Below are positions 38,252 to 49,267 of a stretch of 64,000 nucleotides of DNA, in pieces (within the stretch, counting starts at the first letter, position 1; the number at the start of each line of letters is the position of its first letter). The position numbers were made by a program, and so were the translations under genes. Location of the stretch: assembly GCF_041914225.1 (NCBI RefSeq), contig NZ_JAYSDT010000005.1, positions 21,511-85,510 of the forward strand, written 5' to 3'. This stretch comes from Chryseobacterium sp. (GTDB taxonomy: Bacteria; Bacteroidota; Bacteroidia; Flavobacteriales; Weeksellaceae). The notes below the pieces were generated by a model. That model was not told where the DNA came from and made no database searches. It worked only from the letters and a program-made list of their open reading frames with translations.

Positions 38252-40519
38252 ATGAATTTCAGTCTTTATTTTTTATCTAAAAATCTACTAAAGATAGTAT
38301 GTTTTTCATTGATTTTGATGTTTTCATGCAATACAAAAGCACAGATCAAAGAAAATCCTGCACTGTTGAGAAAACAGATTTCCTCTTCCACCAATACGAC
38401 TCAGAAAATCGCTTTATTGCTGCGCCTGAGTAACTATTACATTACTAAAAAAGGAGAGTTGAAAACTGATCTCGACAGTGCCGCCATTCTGAACAGACAG
38501 GCAAAAGCACTGAATATGAAATCCGGAGATCCGATGTCTGCCGGAAAAATCATCTATCTGGATGCCAAAATAGATAAAGAAAGAGGCCGTAAAAATATTG
38601 CTTTTTCCAGAATGAAAGAGGCGCTTTCTTATTTTGAAAACCATCATTTTAAGGAACAGGCCGGAGAAGCATATAATGAATTATCATATATGTATGACAA
38701 TAAACCTGAATACTTTGATACTAAAATCAAACTGAAAGAAAAAGCGTTGGAACTTTTTAAAAATTCGGGATCAAAACTGAATCAGGCAGGCGTTTTAAAA
38801 GATCTTGTTGAGCTTTATTACATCAAGGAAAATCCGGATAAGGCCCTGAATTTGCTCAAAGAATCGCTGTCTGTTTACCAGTCGGCGAAATTCAGAGAAT
38901 TACAGAGTGTGTACAATCTTATCTCCCAGGTTGAAATTCAGAAGGCGGATTATGAGGAAGCGCTCCGCTATGGTCTTTTAGCAGAAAAAACAGCCGAAAG
39001 TGTGAATGATTACTCTTTGCAGATGTGCTCTATTTACAGCAATATCGGAATGGTGTATTATTATCTCCGTAAGAATGATGATGCCATGAAGTATTGGGAA
39101 AAATCACTGGCCACGGCAAAGAAAAACAAAGATAACAGCTACATCAGAACGGTGGCGAATAATATTTCTACCATGCTGATCAGACAGAAAAAGTTTAAGC
39201 AGGCCATTACCATGATTCAGGAGTACAGAGAAAAGTATCCCATTGTAGACAAGGATTTTGAAATGTCAGAAAACTATATTCTGTTCAGTACCTACACTAT
39301 TTTAAAGCAGTTTAAAGAAGCGGAAGCCTATTACAAAAAACTGGTGGCCTATTACGGTGAAAATGCGGAAAAAAACAACCAGCAGGCCTCATTGCTGCGA
39401 AGCTTTGTTTTCTATCATTATCAGACCCGGAACTTTGATAAAATGTACCGTGAAGCCAGACTTTTCGATTCGATAGCCAAAAATAACGGGAATGATATGC
39501 TTCGTTCAGAAAATCATTTGATGTGGTTCAAAGCAGATTCCATACAGGGAAAATACCTTGATGCCATACAGCATTATCAGCTGTATAAAAAACTTTCCGA
39601 TTCTGTTTTTAACGGTGAAAAAAGCAAGCAGATCAACAGCCTTAAAATTCAGTTTGAGACGGAGCAAAAGGATAAAAACATTCAGCTGCTGACCCAGAAA
39701 GCAAAACTGCAGGATATTAAAATTGCCAATGATACCTTTATCAGATATGTCTTCATCGGAAGTATTCTGGCGCTGATCCTTTTTGCGGCTTTGCTGTATA
39801 ACCGCTCAAGATTAAAAAGCAATGCCAATAAAAACCTTGAACTGAAGCGTAAGCAGATTGATGAACAGAACGAACAGCTGAGAAAATTACTTTCCGAGAA
39901 AGAATGGCTCTTAAAGGAAATCCATCACAGGGTTAAAAATAACCTGCAGATTGTAATCAGCCTGCTGAATACGCAGTCGGCTTATCTGGACAATGAAGAT
40001 GCTTTGATGGCCATTCAGAACAGCCAGCACAGAATGCATGCCATGTCTCTGATTCATCAGAAGCTTTATCAGTCTGACAATCTTTCAATGATTGACATGT
40101 CGTGGTATATTTATGAACTGATTACCTATATCAAAGAATGTTATTCATCCGAAAGGAAAATCAACTTTACGGTGGATACTGATAAAGTGTTTCTTGATGT
40201 TGCACAAGCCGTTCCTATGGGACTGATCGTCAATGAAGCGGTCAATAATACCGTAAAATATGCGTTTCCGGATGACCGGAAAGGGGAAGTTTCCGTTTCG
40301 TTTAAAAATACATGTGAAGACCTTTGTGAACTGAAGATCTCAGATAATGGAGTAGGGCTTCCGGAAGATTTTAATATTGAAGAAACAGAATCTTTGGGGA
40401 TGAATCTGATGCGCGGGCTTACCGACCAGTTGGACGGAACTTTCCATCTCGAAAACAAAGGGGGCTTAAAAGTCACGATTACCTTCAGAAAAAATACAGA
40501 AATAACTCCTTCAAATTAA
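38252..40519 (+). CDS. TPR-sensor histidine kinase (HisKA_2 type)
   Basis: Periplasmic TPRs, TM helix, EIHHRVKNNLQ H-box, ISDNGVG, SLGM. Confidence 0.93.
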   Translation: MNFSLYFLSKNLLKIVCFSLILMFSCNTKAQIKENPALLRKQISSSTNTTQKIALLLRLSNYYITKKGELKTDLDSAAILNRQAKALNMKSGDPMSAGKIIYLDAKIDKERGRKNIAFSRMKEALSYFENHHFKEQAGEAYNELSYMYDNKPEYFDTKIKLKEKALELFKNSGSKLNQAGVLKDLVELYYIKENPDKALNLLKESLSVYQSAKFRELQSVYNLISQVEIQKADYEEALRYGLLAEKTAESVNDYSLQMCSIYSNIGMVYYYLRKNDDAMKYWEKSLATAKKNKDNSYIRTVANNISTMLIRQKKFKQAITMIQEYREKYPIVDKDFEMSENYILFSTYTILKQFKEAEAYYKKLVAYYGENAEKNNQQASLLRSFVFYHYQTRNFDKMYREARLFDSIAKNNGNDMLRSENHLMWFKADSIQGKYLDAIQHYQLYKKLSDSVFNGEKSKQINSLKIQFETEQKDKNIQLLTQKAKLQDIKIANDTFIRYVFIGSILALILFAALLYNRSRLKSNANKNLELKRKQIDEQNEQLRKLLSEKEWLLKEIHHRVKNNLQIVISLLNTQSAYLDNEDALMAIQNSQHRMHAMSLIHQKLYQSDNLSMIDMSWYIYELITYIKECYSSERKINFTVDTDKVFLDVAQAVPMGLIVNEAVNNTVKYAFPDDRKGEVSVSFKNTCEDLCELKISDNGVGLPEDFNIEETESLGMNLMRGLTDQLDGTFHLENKGGLKVTITFRKNTEITPSN

Positions 40520-40531
40520 AGGCTGATTATT

Positions 40532-41894
40532 ATGAAAGAAAAAATATTAATTGTAGAAGATGAATTTATTGTAGCCAATGATCTGAAACTGATGCTGATG
40601 AAAGCCGGTTACCAGGTTACGGGCATTGCATCTTCAGTAGTTCAGGCCAGAAAACTGATTGCAGATAATAAGCCGGATTGGGTACTTCTTGATATCATTT
40701 TAAAAGGTGACCTCACAGGAATCGATCTCGCATGGGAACTGCGCGAAATGAATCTTCCTTTTCTTTATATTTCAGCCAATACCAACCAGTCTACCCTGGA
40801 AGCAGTGAAGGAGACACAGCCCTACGGGTTTATGGTAAAGCCCTTCCGGGAGCGTGATATGATTGTTATGCTTGATATTGCCAGATACCGCTATGACATG
40901 GAAAGAGGCTGTGAATTGTGTACTGATACCCAAAATAATGAAGTCATTGAAGGGATTATCGGGAAAAGTAAAGTGCTTCAGGATGTCGTTGAAAAAATAA
41001 GAATAGTCGCTCCTACAGATACCTCTGTTCTGGTGGTTGGGGAAAGCGGAACGGGTAAGGAAAAAGTAGCCCACTCCGTTCATGAGCTTTCAGAGCGTAA
41101 AGCTCACCCTATAGTTGTGGCGAACTGTGCTGCACTGCCGCATGCGCTTATCGAATCCGAGCTTTTCGGGCATGAAAAAGGAAGCTTTACCGGAGCCAAT
41201 ACATTGAGGATCGGAAAGTTTGAACAGGCTAATGGAGGAACGGTCTTCCTGGATGAAATAGGAGAGCTGCCATTGGATTCGCAGGTTAAACTGCTGAGGG
41301 TTTTACAGGAAAAAGAAATTGAACGGCTGGGAGGAAATAATACGATTAAAGTAAACGTAAGAATCGTAGCTGCGACCAACCGTTCCCTGGAAAAAGAAGT
41401 GGCAGAAGGAAGATTCAGGCTGGATCTGTATTACCGTTTGAATGTATTTCCTATTGAGCTGCCTCCGTTGAGAGAACGAAAGGAAGATATCGTATTGCTG
41501 GCCCATTTTTTCCTGAATAAATATGCAGCTGCCTCAAGAAGAAATATCACATCCATCAGTGAAAAAGCGCTGGAACAGCTGCTGAATTATCACTGGCCGG
41601 GAAATATCCGCGAACTGGAACATCTTATTGAAAGAAGTGTTCTTCTGGCTAAAACTGCGGAAATAGAAAACTTTGATCTGCCTCAGATTATTGAAAAACC
41701 TATAGAAACACAGAGCCCGCTGAAATCACTGGAAGATATGGAAAGAGATCATATTATGAATGCGCTTCAGACTTCCAACGGAAAAGTTTCCGGACCGGGT
41801 GGTGCCGGGTGGTGCCGCGGAGCTGCTGAAAATACAAGCTCAGACTTTATATTCCAAAATGAAAAAACTGGGAATTGACAAAAGCTATAAATAA
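40532..41894 (+). pseudogene. Sigma-54-dependent response regulator with frameshifted Fis-type HTH
   Basis: Receiver domain, [31 protein letters not shown]; 10-bp duplication at 41795-41814 shifts the frame (current stop 41878, ancestral stop 41894). Confidence 0.85.
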
Positions 41895-42010
41895 TCCCGG
41901 ACAAAGCTAGCCGGAAACCATATTTCCTTTCAATTTTTTAATCATAATTCTTCAAATAATTTGAGAACAAAATCATTATGTCTTTACAATCATAAATCAA
42001 TCAGGTAATT

Positions 42011-42652
42011 ATGGAAAAAGAAACGCTCAGAATAGAAGGATTCAGCGATGGTGTTTTTGCAATAGCCGTTACGCTTTTGGTGCTGGATCTTCACTTCCCT
42101 GAAGAGAACTCAATACAAAACGGTAATGATCTGCTGGTCTTTCTGAAGAATCAATGGCCGGCATTTCTGGCATTTATCCTTTCATTTTTCAGCATTTTTA
42201 TCATGTGGGTGAACCATCATAAGATCTTCAAACAGATCTACAGCCGGAATTCAGCGATTATGTTCGCCAATGGACTGATCCTTTTTCTGGTTTCTGCAGT
42301 TTCATATCCTACTGCTTTGCTGGCAAGGTATTTTGACGGTGAAGCTTCTTCTGCTGTAGTAGCACTTTATACCGGTATTTTTGTCCTGATCAATCTTGCT
42401 TACAATTTACTATGGTTTCTGGCCACCCGTAACAAAAAGCTTTTGCGCCCAGGTATTACCGATGCGGCTATAAAAAAAATCCGTAATAATTACCTGTACG
42501 GGCTTCCTATTTATGTGATTGCGTTAATCCTGTCGTTCTGGATACCGGCAGTTTCCCTGATGATCATTTTAGGACTTTGGATTTTCTGGGCATTATCATC
42601 CGGGAAAATAGAAATGACGATTGATAAGCATTATTCGGATTCCCTGAAATAA
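42011..42652 (+). CDS. TMEM175-family potassium channel
   Basis: [19 protein letters not shown] and WVNHH motifs. Confidence 0.92.
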   Translation: MEKETLRIEGFSDGVFAIAVTLLVLDLHFPEENSIQNGNDLLVFLKNQWPAFLAFILSFFSIFIMWVNHHKIFKQIYSRNSAIMFANGLILFLVSAVSYPTALLARYFDGEASSAVVALYTGIFVLINLAYNLLWFLATRNKKLLRPGITDAAIKKIRNNYLYGLPIYVIALILSFWIPAVSLMIILGLWIFWALSSGKIEMTIDKHYSDSLK

Positions 42653-44190
42653 TGCTTTTTCTCTATTCCAAGTTTCTGCATTTTGGAAATCAATGTGGTT
42701 GGCGGTAATCCAAGTAGCTTTGCAGTCCCTGTTTCCCCGAAAATACGGCCGTTACATTTTTTGATTATTTTTAAAATATATTCCTTTTCAAATTCCTGCA
42801 GTGTTTTAACCTGAAAATCCTGATCCGTATTTTGAGAGTTGATAATTGTTGGAAAATCCATTTCCCTGATCATATCTCCTTTTGCCGTCAGCATACTTCT
42901 TTCAACCATATTTTCCAGTTCACGGATATTACCCAACCATGGATTAGCAATCATCATTTTTACCACGTTCTGAGAAAAACCATTAATTTTTTTGCCTGTT
43001 TTCAGGTATAATTTCTCAAGGAAATAATCTGCCAGTAAAGGAATATCCTCTTTTCTTTCCCGCAAGGCAGGAAGATGGATAGGAAAAACATTCAGCCTGT
43101 AAAAAAGATCACTTCTGAACCGTCCTTCCGCCACTTCTTTTTCAAGATTCCTGTTGGTGGCCGTAATGATCCGCACATTCACCTTAATCCTTTTGTTTCC
43201 CCCGATTCTTTCAATTTCTTTTTCCTGAAGAACTCTCAGAAGCCTGGCTTGTAATTCCAGAGGGAGTTCGCCAATTTCATCGAGGAAAATGGTGCTGTTG
43301 TGGGCTTGTTCAAACTTTCCTTTTCTTTGTTCTGTAGCTCCGGTAAAACTTCCTTTTTCATGCCCGAACAATTCGGATTCTATTAAGTTGGCAGGAATAG
43401 CCGCACAGTTTATCCTGATCATTTTCTTTCCCGAAAATTCCGAAAGTTCATGAACCGCCTGTGCTATAAGTTCTTTTCCTGTACCCGTTTCTCCATAGAT
43501 AATCACATTGGATTGTGAAGGTGCTACCTGTGAGATCTGTTCAAAAATGAGCTGCATCGCTTCACTTTGCCCCACAATTCCCTGAAAGCCGGGTACGCTT
43601 TTCTTGTCTTCTTCAATTTCTTTAGGAAAGTCCTGGATATTTCCCTGAAATGTTTTCAACTGTTCCTGAATATCAATATTATGAAGGGTAATGGAAAGCT
43701 GGGCAGAAATGCCGTTTAAAATTCTTTCCGGAATAGTATCTCTTGAAATAAAGCTTCTGTAGAAAAGAAAAAGTACATTTTTACTTTCACTGACAGCCGG
43801 CAGTCCCAATCCGACAGACATCCGCATTTCTGAATTTTTAGCTTCGGTAAAACAAGAAGGAAGAGATGACAGTTCTTTCAGATCAAAAAGCTGGGGTTCT
43901 GCGGAATCAAGACAGTTTTTTAAATACCTGTCAAGCTGTTGATCCGGGGCGTAGTTCTGGTTTTCAATCCGGCTGCTGAGTATTTCAATATTTCCTTTTA
44001 CATCCCAGATGATCATGCAATCATTGAATCCCAGTTCAGTTTTGAAAGATTTATGGATAACAAACTGAAGCTGTTTCTTATCTAAAATGGTAGAAAACTC
44101 TTTGGTTAAACGGGAAATCATAAGCTGTTCTTTCTGCATGTCCTGCAGGCGTTTCATCATTTCTGCATTGGGATCAGAAGGCTTACTCAT
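42631..44190 (-). CDS. Sigma-54 enhancer-binding protein with GAF-like N-terminus (FhlA-like)
   Basis: [31 protein letters not shown], intact C-terminal HTH ([20 protein letters not shown]). Confidence 0.9.
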   Translation of the reverse strand: MSKPSDPNAEMMKRLQDMQKEQLMISRLTKEFSTILDKKQLQFVIHKSFKTELGFNDCMIIWDVKGNIEILSSRIENQNYAPDQQLDRYLKNCLDSAEPQLFDLKELSSLPSCFTEAKNSEMRMSVGLGLPAVSESKNVLFLFYRSFISRDTIPERILNGISAQLSITLHNIDIQEQLKTFQGNIQDFPKEIEEDKKSVPGFQGIVGQSEAMQLIFEQISQVAPSQSNVIIYGETGTGKELIAQAVHELSEFSGKKMIRINCAAIPANLIESELFGHEKGSFTGATEQRKGKFEQAHNSTIFLDEIGELPLELQARLLRVLQEKEIERIGGNKRIKVNVRIITATNRNLEKEVAEGRFRSDLFYRLNVFPIHLPALRERKEDIPLLADYFLEKLYLKTGKKINGFSQNVVKMMIANPWLGNIRELENMVERSMLTAKGDMIREMDFPTIINSQNTDQDFQVKTLQEFEKEYILKIIKKCNGRIFGETGTAKLLGLPPTTLISKMQKLGIEKKHYFRESE

Positions 44191-44430
44191 AGAAATTCTT
44201 ACTTGAAAGTTTAAAGATAGGAAAAATTGAAAAAGATTTACATGGGAGCAGTTATAATACCTGAAATAAAAAATTTAAACTTTTATTTTGATATTAAGAA
44301 TATTAAGGCCATCTCTAATCATAACAAACCGAAGGTTTGAAACTTAAGTGGACTTCCTGACGCATTTTTTTACTTACAATAACTAAAGTGTCTGAACTTT
44401 TGTGCCTCTTGTGGCTGAAATGATTGAAAT

Positions 44431-44459
44431 AAAAAAGATGAACTTTAAAGGTTCATCTT
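44431..44459 (-). terminator. Terminator after the alpha/beta hydrolase
   Basis: AAGATGAAC...GTTCATCTT stem with an A-run on the left. Confidence 0.65.
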
Positions 44460-44482
44460 CAGTATTGAAAAAAGCTGGGTTT

Positions 44483-45304
44483 TTAAGATCGGATAAATTC
44501 CAAAAGGTCTTTATTGATTGTCTCATGCTCTGTAGTCGGCATCCCGTGAGGAAAGCCAGGATAGGTGATCAGTTTTCCGTTCTTTAATAATTTAATGGAC
44601 TTTAATGCCGCATTGGCAATGGGAACAATCTGGTCATCTTCACCGTGCATCACCAAAACAGGAATGTCCACAGCTTTTAAATCTTCAGTTAAATCTGTTT
44701 CTGAAAAAGCTTTGATTCCATCATAATGAGCTACGATTCCGCCCATCAGCCCCTGTCTCCACCAGTTTCTCTGTACTCCGTCCTTTACATCAGCACCTTC
44801 TCTGTTGTAGCCATAGAAAGGGAACGTAAGATCGTAATAAAACAGGTTTCTGTTGTTCATCGTCTGTTCTCTGATGTTGTCGAAAACTTCCATAGGAACG
44901 CCGTCGGGATTGTTTTCACTCTTCACCATTACCGGTGGAATGGCACTGATCAGCACTGCTTTCTTAGCTCTTCCATTGGAATATTTATTCACATACCGGA
45001 TTACTTCTCCACCACCTGTTGAATGTCCGATGTGTATAACATCTTTCAGATCTAAAAATTCAACCAGTTCTGCGGCATCAGAAGCGTATTGTTCAATAGT
45101 ATGATTATAAATATTCTGGCTGGAACGCCCGTGGCCTCTTCTGTCGTGGGTAACCACTCTGTAGCCTTTCTGTAAAAAGAAAATCACCTGCGCATCCCAG
45201 TCATCAGATGATAAAGGCCATCCGTGGTGAAACATTAATACAGGTCCTTCTCCCTGATCTTTGTAAAAAATTTCTGTTCCGTCTTTTAATGTTAATGTGC
45301 TCAT
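44483..45304 (-). CDS. Non-heme haloperoxidase-like alpha/beta hydrolase
   Basis: HHGWPLS, HDRRGHGRS, GHSTGG, HGEDDQIVP, PHG. Confidence 0.93.
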   Translation of the reverse strand: MSTLTLKDGTEIFYKDQGEGPVLMFHHGWPLSSDDWDAQVIFFLQKGYRVVTHDRRGHGRSSQNIYNHTIEQYASDAAELVEFLDLKDVIHIGHSTGGGEVIRYVNKYSNGRAKKAVLISAIPPVMVKSENNPDGVPMEVFDNIREQTMNNRNLFYYDLTFPFYGYNREGADVKDGVQRNWWRQGLMGGIVAHYDGIKAFSETDLTEDLKAVDIPVLVMHGEDDQIVPIANAALKSIKLLKNGKLITYPGFPHGMPTTEHETINKDLLEFIRS

Positions 45305-45355
45305 TGTTGTTTATTTTTAATGTTATGAATTGATTTTGTTTAAATGTTTTTTTGA

Positions 45356-45874
45356 TTAATAGGCAGTATTTTCACGTACCAGCTGAAAAAGGTCTTCAGC
45401 ACCGCCATTGAATTTATTTCCGTTAATGAAAAAAGAAGGCGTTCCGTTTACGCCGCTGATGATGCCGCTTTCAAAGTCTGTATCTACTTTTTCTGCCAGT
45501 TCCTGCTTATGGATATCCGCTTTGAACTGAGGAATGTTTAAACCGAGTTTTTCTGCAAGTTTTAACGGGAGACCGTCATTCAGGAACTCCTGATTTTCAT
45601 AAATGGCATCATGCATTTCCCAGAATTTTCCCTGCAAAGCTGCTGCTTCTGCCGCCAGTGCTGCCGTTCTTGCATACTGATGCATTTCTGAAAGCGGAAA
45701 ATTTCTGAATACAAATCTGATCTGATCTCCGAATTCTTTCATTAACTCTTTAAGAACCGGATAGGCTGCTCCGCAGTAAGGACACTGATAATCCCCGTAT
45801 TCTACTATGACTAAGCTGGCATCTGGGTTGCCCTGAATGTGGTCAGCATTGCTGACTGATGGTTTAAGTGACAT
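45356..45874 (-). CDS. DsbA-family thioredoxin-fold protein
   Basis: EYGDYQCPYC, FRNFPL, GVNGTPSF. Confidence 0.92.
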   Translation of the reverse strand: MSLKPSVSNADHIQGNPDASLVIVEYGDYQCPYCGAAYPVLKELMKEFGDQIRFVFRNFPLSEMHQYARTAALAAEAAALQGKFWEMHDAIYENQEFLNDGLPLKLAEKLGLNIPQFKADIHKQELAEKVDTDFESGIISGVNGTPSFFINGNKFNGGAEDLFQLVRENTAY

Positions 45875-45876
45875 AA

Positions 45877-46338
45877 TTATTTTGTGTTAAGGTTTTCTAA
45901 TGCTTCTAAAATTCCGTCTGCGCCAGGATTGATGGCGGTGGGAGAGAGATAGCTCCATTCGATGATGCCGTCTTTATTGATGACAAAAAGGGCTCTGTTG
46001 CATTCTCCTTCTTCGTCATTGTAAACACCATATTTCCTGGCTGTATCTCCTTTGGCTTCAAAATCTGCAAGCAGCGGAAAGTGCAGGTTTCTGGATTGTG
46101 AAAATGCCAGGTGGCACCATTTGCTGTCTACGGAAATTCCGAAAATCTCCGCATCATATTTTTTGAAATACTTAAGCATCTCGTTGTATAATGCCATCTG
46201 GTCACTACACACCGGGCTCCAGTCTGCCGGGTAAAATGCAAGGATAACATTTCGTCCTCTGAATTCGGATAAGGTAATTTTCTGGTCCGGGGTTGCAAAT
46301 AATGTAAAATCAGGGGCAACCGTATTTTTTTCTAGCAT
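45877..46338 (-). CDS. AhpC/TSA-family peroxiredoxin
   Basis: APDF, FYPADWSPVC, GISVDS. Confidence 0.9.
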   Translation of the reverse strand: MLEKNTVAPDFTLFATPDQKITLSEFRGRNVILAFYPADWSPVCSDQMALYNEMLKYFKKYDAEIFGISVDSKWCHLAFSQSRNLHFPLLADFEAKGDTARKYGVYNDEEGECNRALFVINKDGIIEWSYLSPTAINPGADGILEALENLNTK

Positions 46339-46373
46339 AGGATTAGTTTTTAATGGTTGGAATTGGTTTTGAA

Positions 46374-47420
46374 TTATTTTCCAGGTTTAATGAATACTTT
46401 CTTTTGTGGAAGCTTATCTATTTCTCCTTTTTTCAGTCCAAAATTGGTGATGACCACATCTTTCGGGTTTCCTGCCAGCCATTCGCTTAGGTCTATAGAT
46501 TCGTAAGTGCCGCTATTAAATCCGATTAAGACTTTACAGATCGTATCTCCGGTATTTTTGATATAATGCCCGGCTCCCATAGGCACATAGCCTATATCAC
46601 CTGCATTGAACTGCTCCGTCACAGAAACTCCTTCTGCAAGGAACACCGACATTTCTGCTTGTCCCGAAATAAAATACTGCCACTCATCCGCATTGGGATG
46701 CCAGTGCATTTCTCTTAAAGCACCGGGCTGCAGTTCCAATATAGAACCCGCCATTGTGGTGCTGATCGGAAATTCTTTACTTGTAACCAATCTTTGGAGA
46801 CCACCACCGGGAATAATTCTTGGCTGCTGGGAATGCAGAGGATAGCGGTGCAGGCTTGTCAGTTTAATATCTGATTCCTCAGGACGGGGTGTGGCATTCA
46901 CGGAGAGTTCATCCGGAACAACCCCTGCTGCGAAATACACCTCTTTCTGTGGAAGTTCTGATACTTCTTCAAGGCTCAATCCTAAATTCTGTGCAACGAT
47001 TTCAGGAGGCATACTTGAAACAAAATCTGTAACGCTGAAAGTATGGTCTTCCGAAAAATTACCGTTGTCAAAAATCAGGATAAAATGACATTCCTCTGTT
47101 CCTGTAGCCTGGATGGAATGTCCGTAACCTTTCGGGAAATACCATACGTCGCCGGGTTCAAAATTATCGGTATAACTGTGTCCGTCAGGATGGATAATCG
47201 TTGTACGCACCGTTCCTGAAATCACATACGCCCATTCTGCGGCGTTGGCATGCCAGTGAAGTTCTCTCATGCTTCCGGGTTGCAATCTCATGGAAACTCC
47301 GGCAATGCCTACAGAAGCAGGGAATTCTTTTACAGAAGCGCCTCTCGTTGTACCACCATCATTGGAGCGGGGTTCTTTTTTTTCTAATTCGTATCTGAAA
47401 CTTAATGATGAAGGATTCAT
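46374..47420 (-). CDS. Oxalate decarboxylase-family bicupin
   Basis: Two cupin motifs RELHWHANAAEW and REMHWHPNADEW. Confidence 0.88.
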   Translation of the reverse strand: MNPSSLSFRYELEKKEPRSNDGGTTRGASVKEFPASVGIAGVSMRLQPGSMRELHWHANAAEWAYVISGTVRTTIIHPDGHSYTDNFEPGDVWYFPKGYGHSIQATGTEECHFILIFDNGNFSEDHTFSVTDFVSSMPPEIVAQNLGLSLEEVSELPQKEVYFAAGVVPDELSVNATPRPEESDIKLTSLHRYPLHSQQPRIIPGGGLQRLVTSKEFPISTTMAGSILELQPGALREMHWHPNADEWQYFISGQAEMSVFLAEGVSVTEQFNAGDIGYVPMGAGHYIKNTGDTICKVLIGFNSGTYESIDLSEWLAGNPKDVVITNFGLKKGEIDKLPQKKVFIKPGK

Positions 47421-47494
47421 AGTATTATTTTTTGTGATTAATTCTTTTTGCTATTGTAAAGCTACTCCGGAATTTTACTTTTTCTTGATGTTAT

Positions 47495-47523
47495 TCGGTC
47501 AACAGGCGAAAACGATCGTTGAA
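47495..47523 (-). promoter_or_regulatory. Putative LytTR-type direct-repeat operator upstream of the bicupin operon
   Basis: TCGGTCAA/TCGTTGAA with 21-bp period; same layout upstream of dps. Confidence 0.6.
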
Positions 47524-47567
47524 TAGGCTGATGTTCAAATGGTAAAGAGATGGAACATTATGAAAAC

Positions 47568-47596
47568 AAAAAAAATCACTGTAGGTTACAGTGATT
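47568..47596 (-). terminator. Terminator after the monooxygenase gene
   Basis: AATCACTGTA-GGT-TACAGTGATT with an A-run on the left. Confidence 0.75.
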
Positions 47597-47621
47597 GGTC
47601 GTATGTAGTATACAGAAAATC

Positions 47622-48173
47622 TTATTTATACAGCCATTTTTTGATCAGCCTGGTATAATAGGGCATTACGGCAAACACCATCAGAAAAACAATGATTCCG
47701 GAATTGATGAATCCGTCAGAATAATGATTGTCCGGAATATGTAAAAACCGTAAAACAGGAATCGTCAAAACAGGAATAAGGACAGACAGCGGATAAATAG
47801 CTGACCAGGTTGCCAGAAACTGTTTCCACCGTACCGGAACTTTATTGCCTTCATTTTCTGCAGTAAAAAGAAAATCAAGTCCGGATCTGATCTGGTAGTG
47901 GTCATTTTTTCTGAACAGCGGACTGGCTTTCTCAATGAGTTGTTTCCGGTTCTCCGATTCCATCCAGCTTTTAAGATGGTTAATTGTATCAAAACGGATA
48001 ATGACGGTGTATACAAAAGTCAGATCAGGAATCGGACGAACGATCTGAAGATCAATAAAACCTTCAGAATGTCTGGTAACAGGAACAATTTCGTCCAGCC
48101 ATTTTTCATACTGTGATTGTTTTCCATCCAGAATATGATGGGTGATCACTACGGAGGCACCTTGATTTTCCAT
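47622..48173 (-). CDS. Antibiotic biosynthesis monooxygenase-domain membrane protein
   Basis: YTVIIRFDT...WMESENR, SGLDF, PVRWKQ plus two TM helices. Confidence 0.82.
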   Translation of the reverse strand: MENQGASVVITHHILDGKQSQYEKWLDEIVPVTRHSEGFIDLQIVRPIPDLTFVYTVIIRFDTINHLKSWMESENRKQLIEKASPLFRKNDHYQIRSGLDFLFTAENEGNKVPVRWKQFLATWSAIYPLSVLIPVLTIPVLRFLHIPDNHYSDGFINSGIIVFLMVFAVMPYYTRLIKKWLYK

Positions 48174-48196
48174 AACTGATTTTTTTAAGATTTTAT

Positions 48197-49255
48197 TTAA
48201 TACGCTCTTTTATATTGCCAGGGAATTTCTGTTTCAGCACCTAATGCTTTAGCAGAATGGATGGCAAAATAAGGATTTCTAAGATGCTCCCGGGCGATGA
48301 TCACCAGGTCAGCATCTCCGTTGACAATAATATCATTGGCCTGTTCTGCTTCTGTAATCATTCCAACGGCTCCTGTCAGAACTCCGGTCTGTTCTTTAAT
48401 GGCTTTTGCAAAAGGAACCTGATATCCCGGAAACACTTTATCCTTGCTTACATTGGTAAATCCACCGCCGGATGCTGTAATGAAATCTACGCCATTTTCT
48501 TTAAGGATTTCCGAAAGTCTGATACTGTCTTCCAAAGTCCATGCTTCATCCGATTCTATATAGTCAACGGCAGAAATTCTTACAAAAAGAGGCATTTCAG
48601 CAGGAATAACTTTCCTGATTTCCTGAACGGTTTCTACAAGAAAACGGATCCTGTTCTCAAAGCTTCCGCCATATTCATCCTGTCTTTTATTGATTACTGC
48701 GGAATAAAACTGATGGAATAAGTAACCATGGCCTGCATGAAGCTCAATGGTATCGAAACCTGCTTCAATGGCACGAAGGGCTGCCTTAACAAATTTCGTC
48801 TTCAGTTCCTGTATCTCATCAATTGTGAACGCTTCGGCAAAAACGCCGTTGAACTCGTGAGCTGAGGAGGATTTCACCATCCAGCCTCCTTCTTCCGGAG
48901 TAAGCGGTTTCATTCTTTCATTGGGATGCTTCAGACTTCCTTTTCCTCCGGCGTGCCAGAGTTGAATACCTATTTTTGAATCCTGTTCATGCACAAAATT
49001 TACGATGTTTTTCCAGGCGCTTTTCTGTTCATCATTCCAGATTCCTACATCAGATAATGTAGCCAGGCCTTCTTCTGAAACGGCTGTGCATTCGGTGAGA
49101 ATCAATCCCGCGCCGCCAACAGCACGGCTTCCAAGATGGACGAGGTGCCAGTTACCGGGAATTCCGTTTTGAGCACTGTATTGCTGCATAGGAGATAATG
49201 CAATTCTGTTCTTTAGAGTCAGGCTGCGAATGTGTATCGGTGAAAATAAATTCAT
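48197..49255 (-). CDS. NADH:flavin oxidoreductase (old yellow enzyme, NamA-like)
   Basis: LKNRIALSPMQQYS, QLWHAG, ELHAGHGYL, DEYGGSFENR. Confidence 0.93.
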   Translation of the reverse strand: MNLFSPIHIRSLTLKNRIALSPMQQYSAQNGIPGNWHLVHLGSRAVGGAGLILTECTAVSEEGLATLSDVGIWNDEQKSAWKNIVNFVHEQDSKIGIQLWHAGGKGSLKHPNERMKPLTPEEGGWMVKSSSAHEFNGVFAEAFTIDEIQELKTKFVKAALRAIEAGFDTIELHAGHGYLFHQFYSAVINKRQDEYGGSFENRIRFLVETVQEIRKVIPAEMPLFVRISAVDYIESDEAWTLEDSIRLSEILKENGVDFITASGGGFTNVSKDKVFPGYQVPFAKAIKEQTGVLTGAVGMITEAEQANDIIVNGDADLVIIAREHLRNPYFAIHSAKALGAETEIPWQYKRAY

Positions 49256-49267
49256 TTTTTTTCTTTT

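Noticed and set aside
42631-42652. 22-bp convergent overlap between the TMEM175 gene and the sigma-54 activator
   Set aside because: Short 3' overlaps of convergent genes are common; both ORFs look complete
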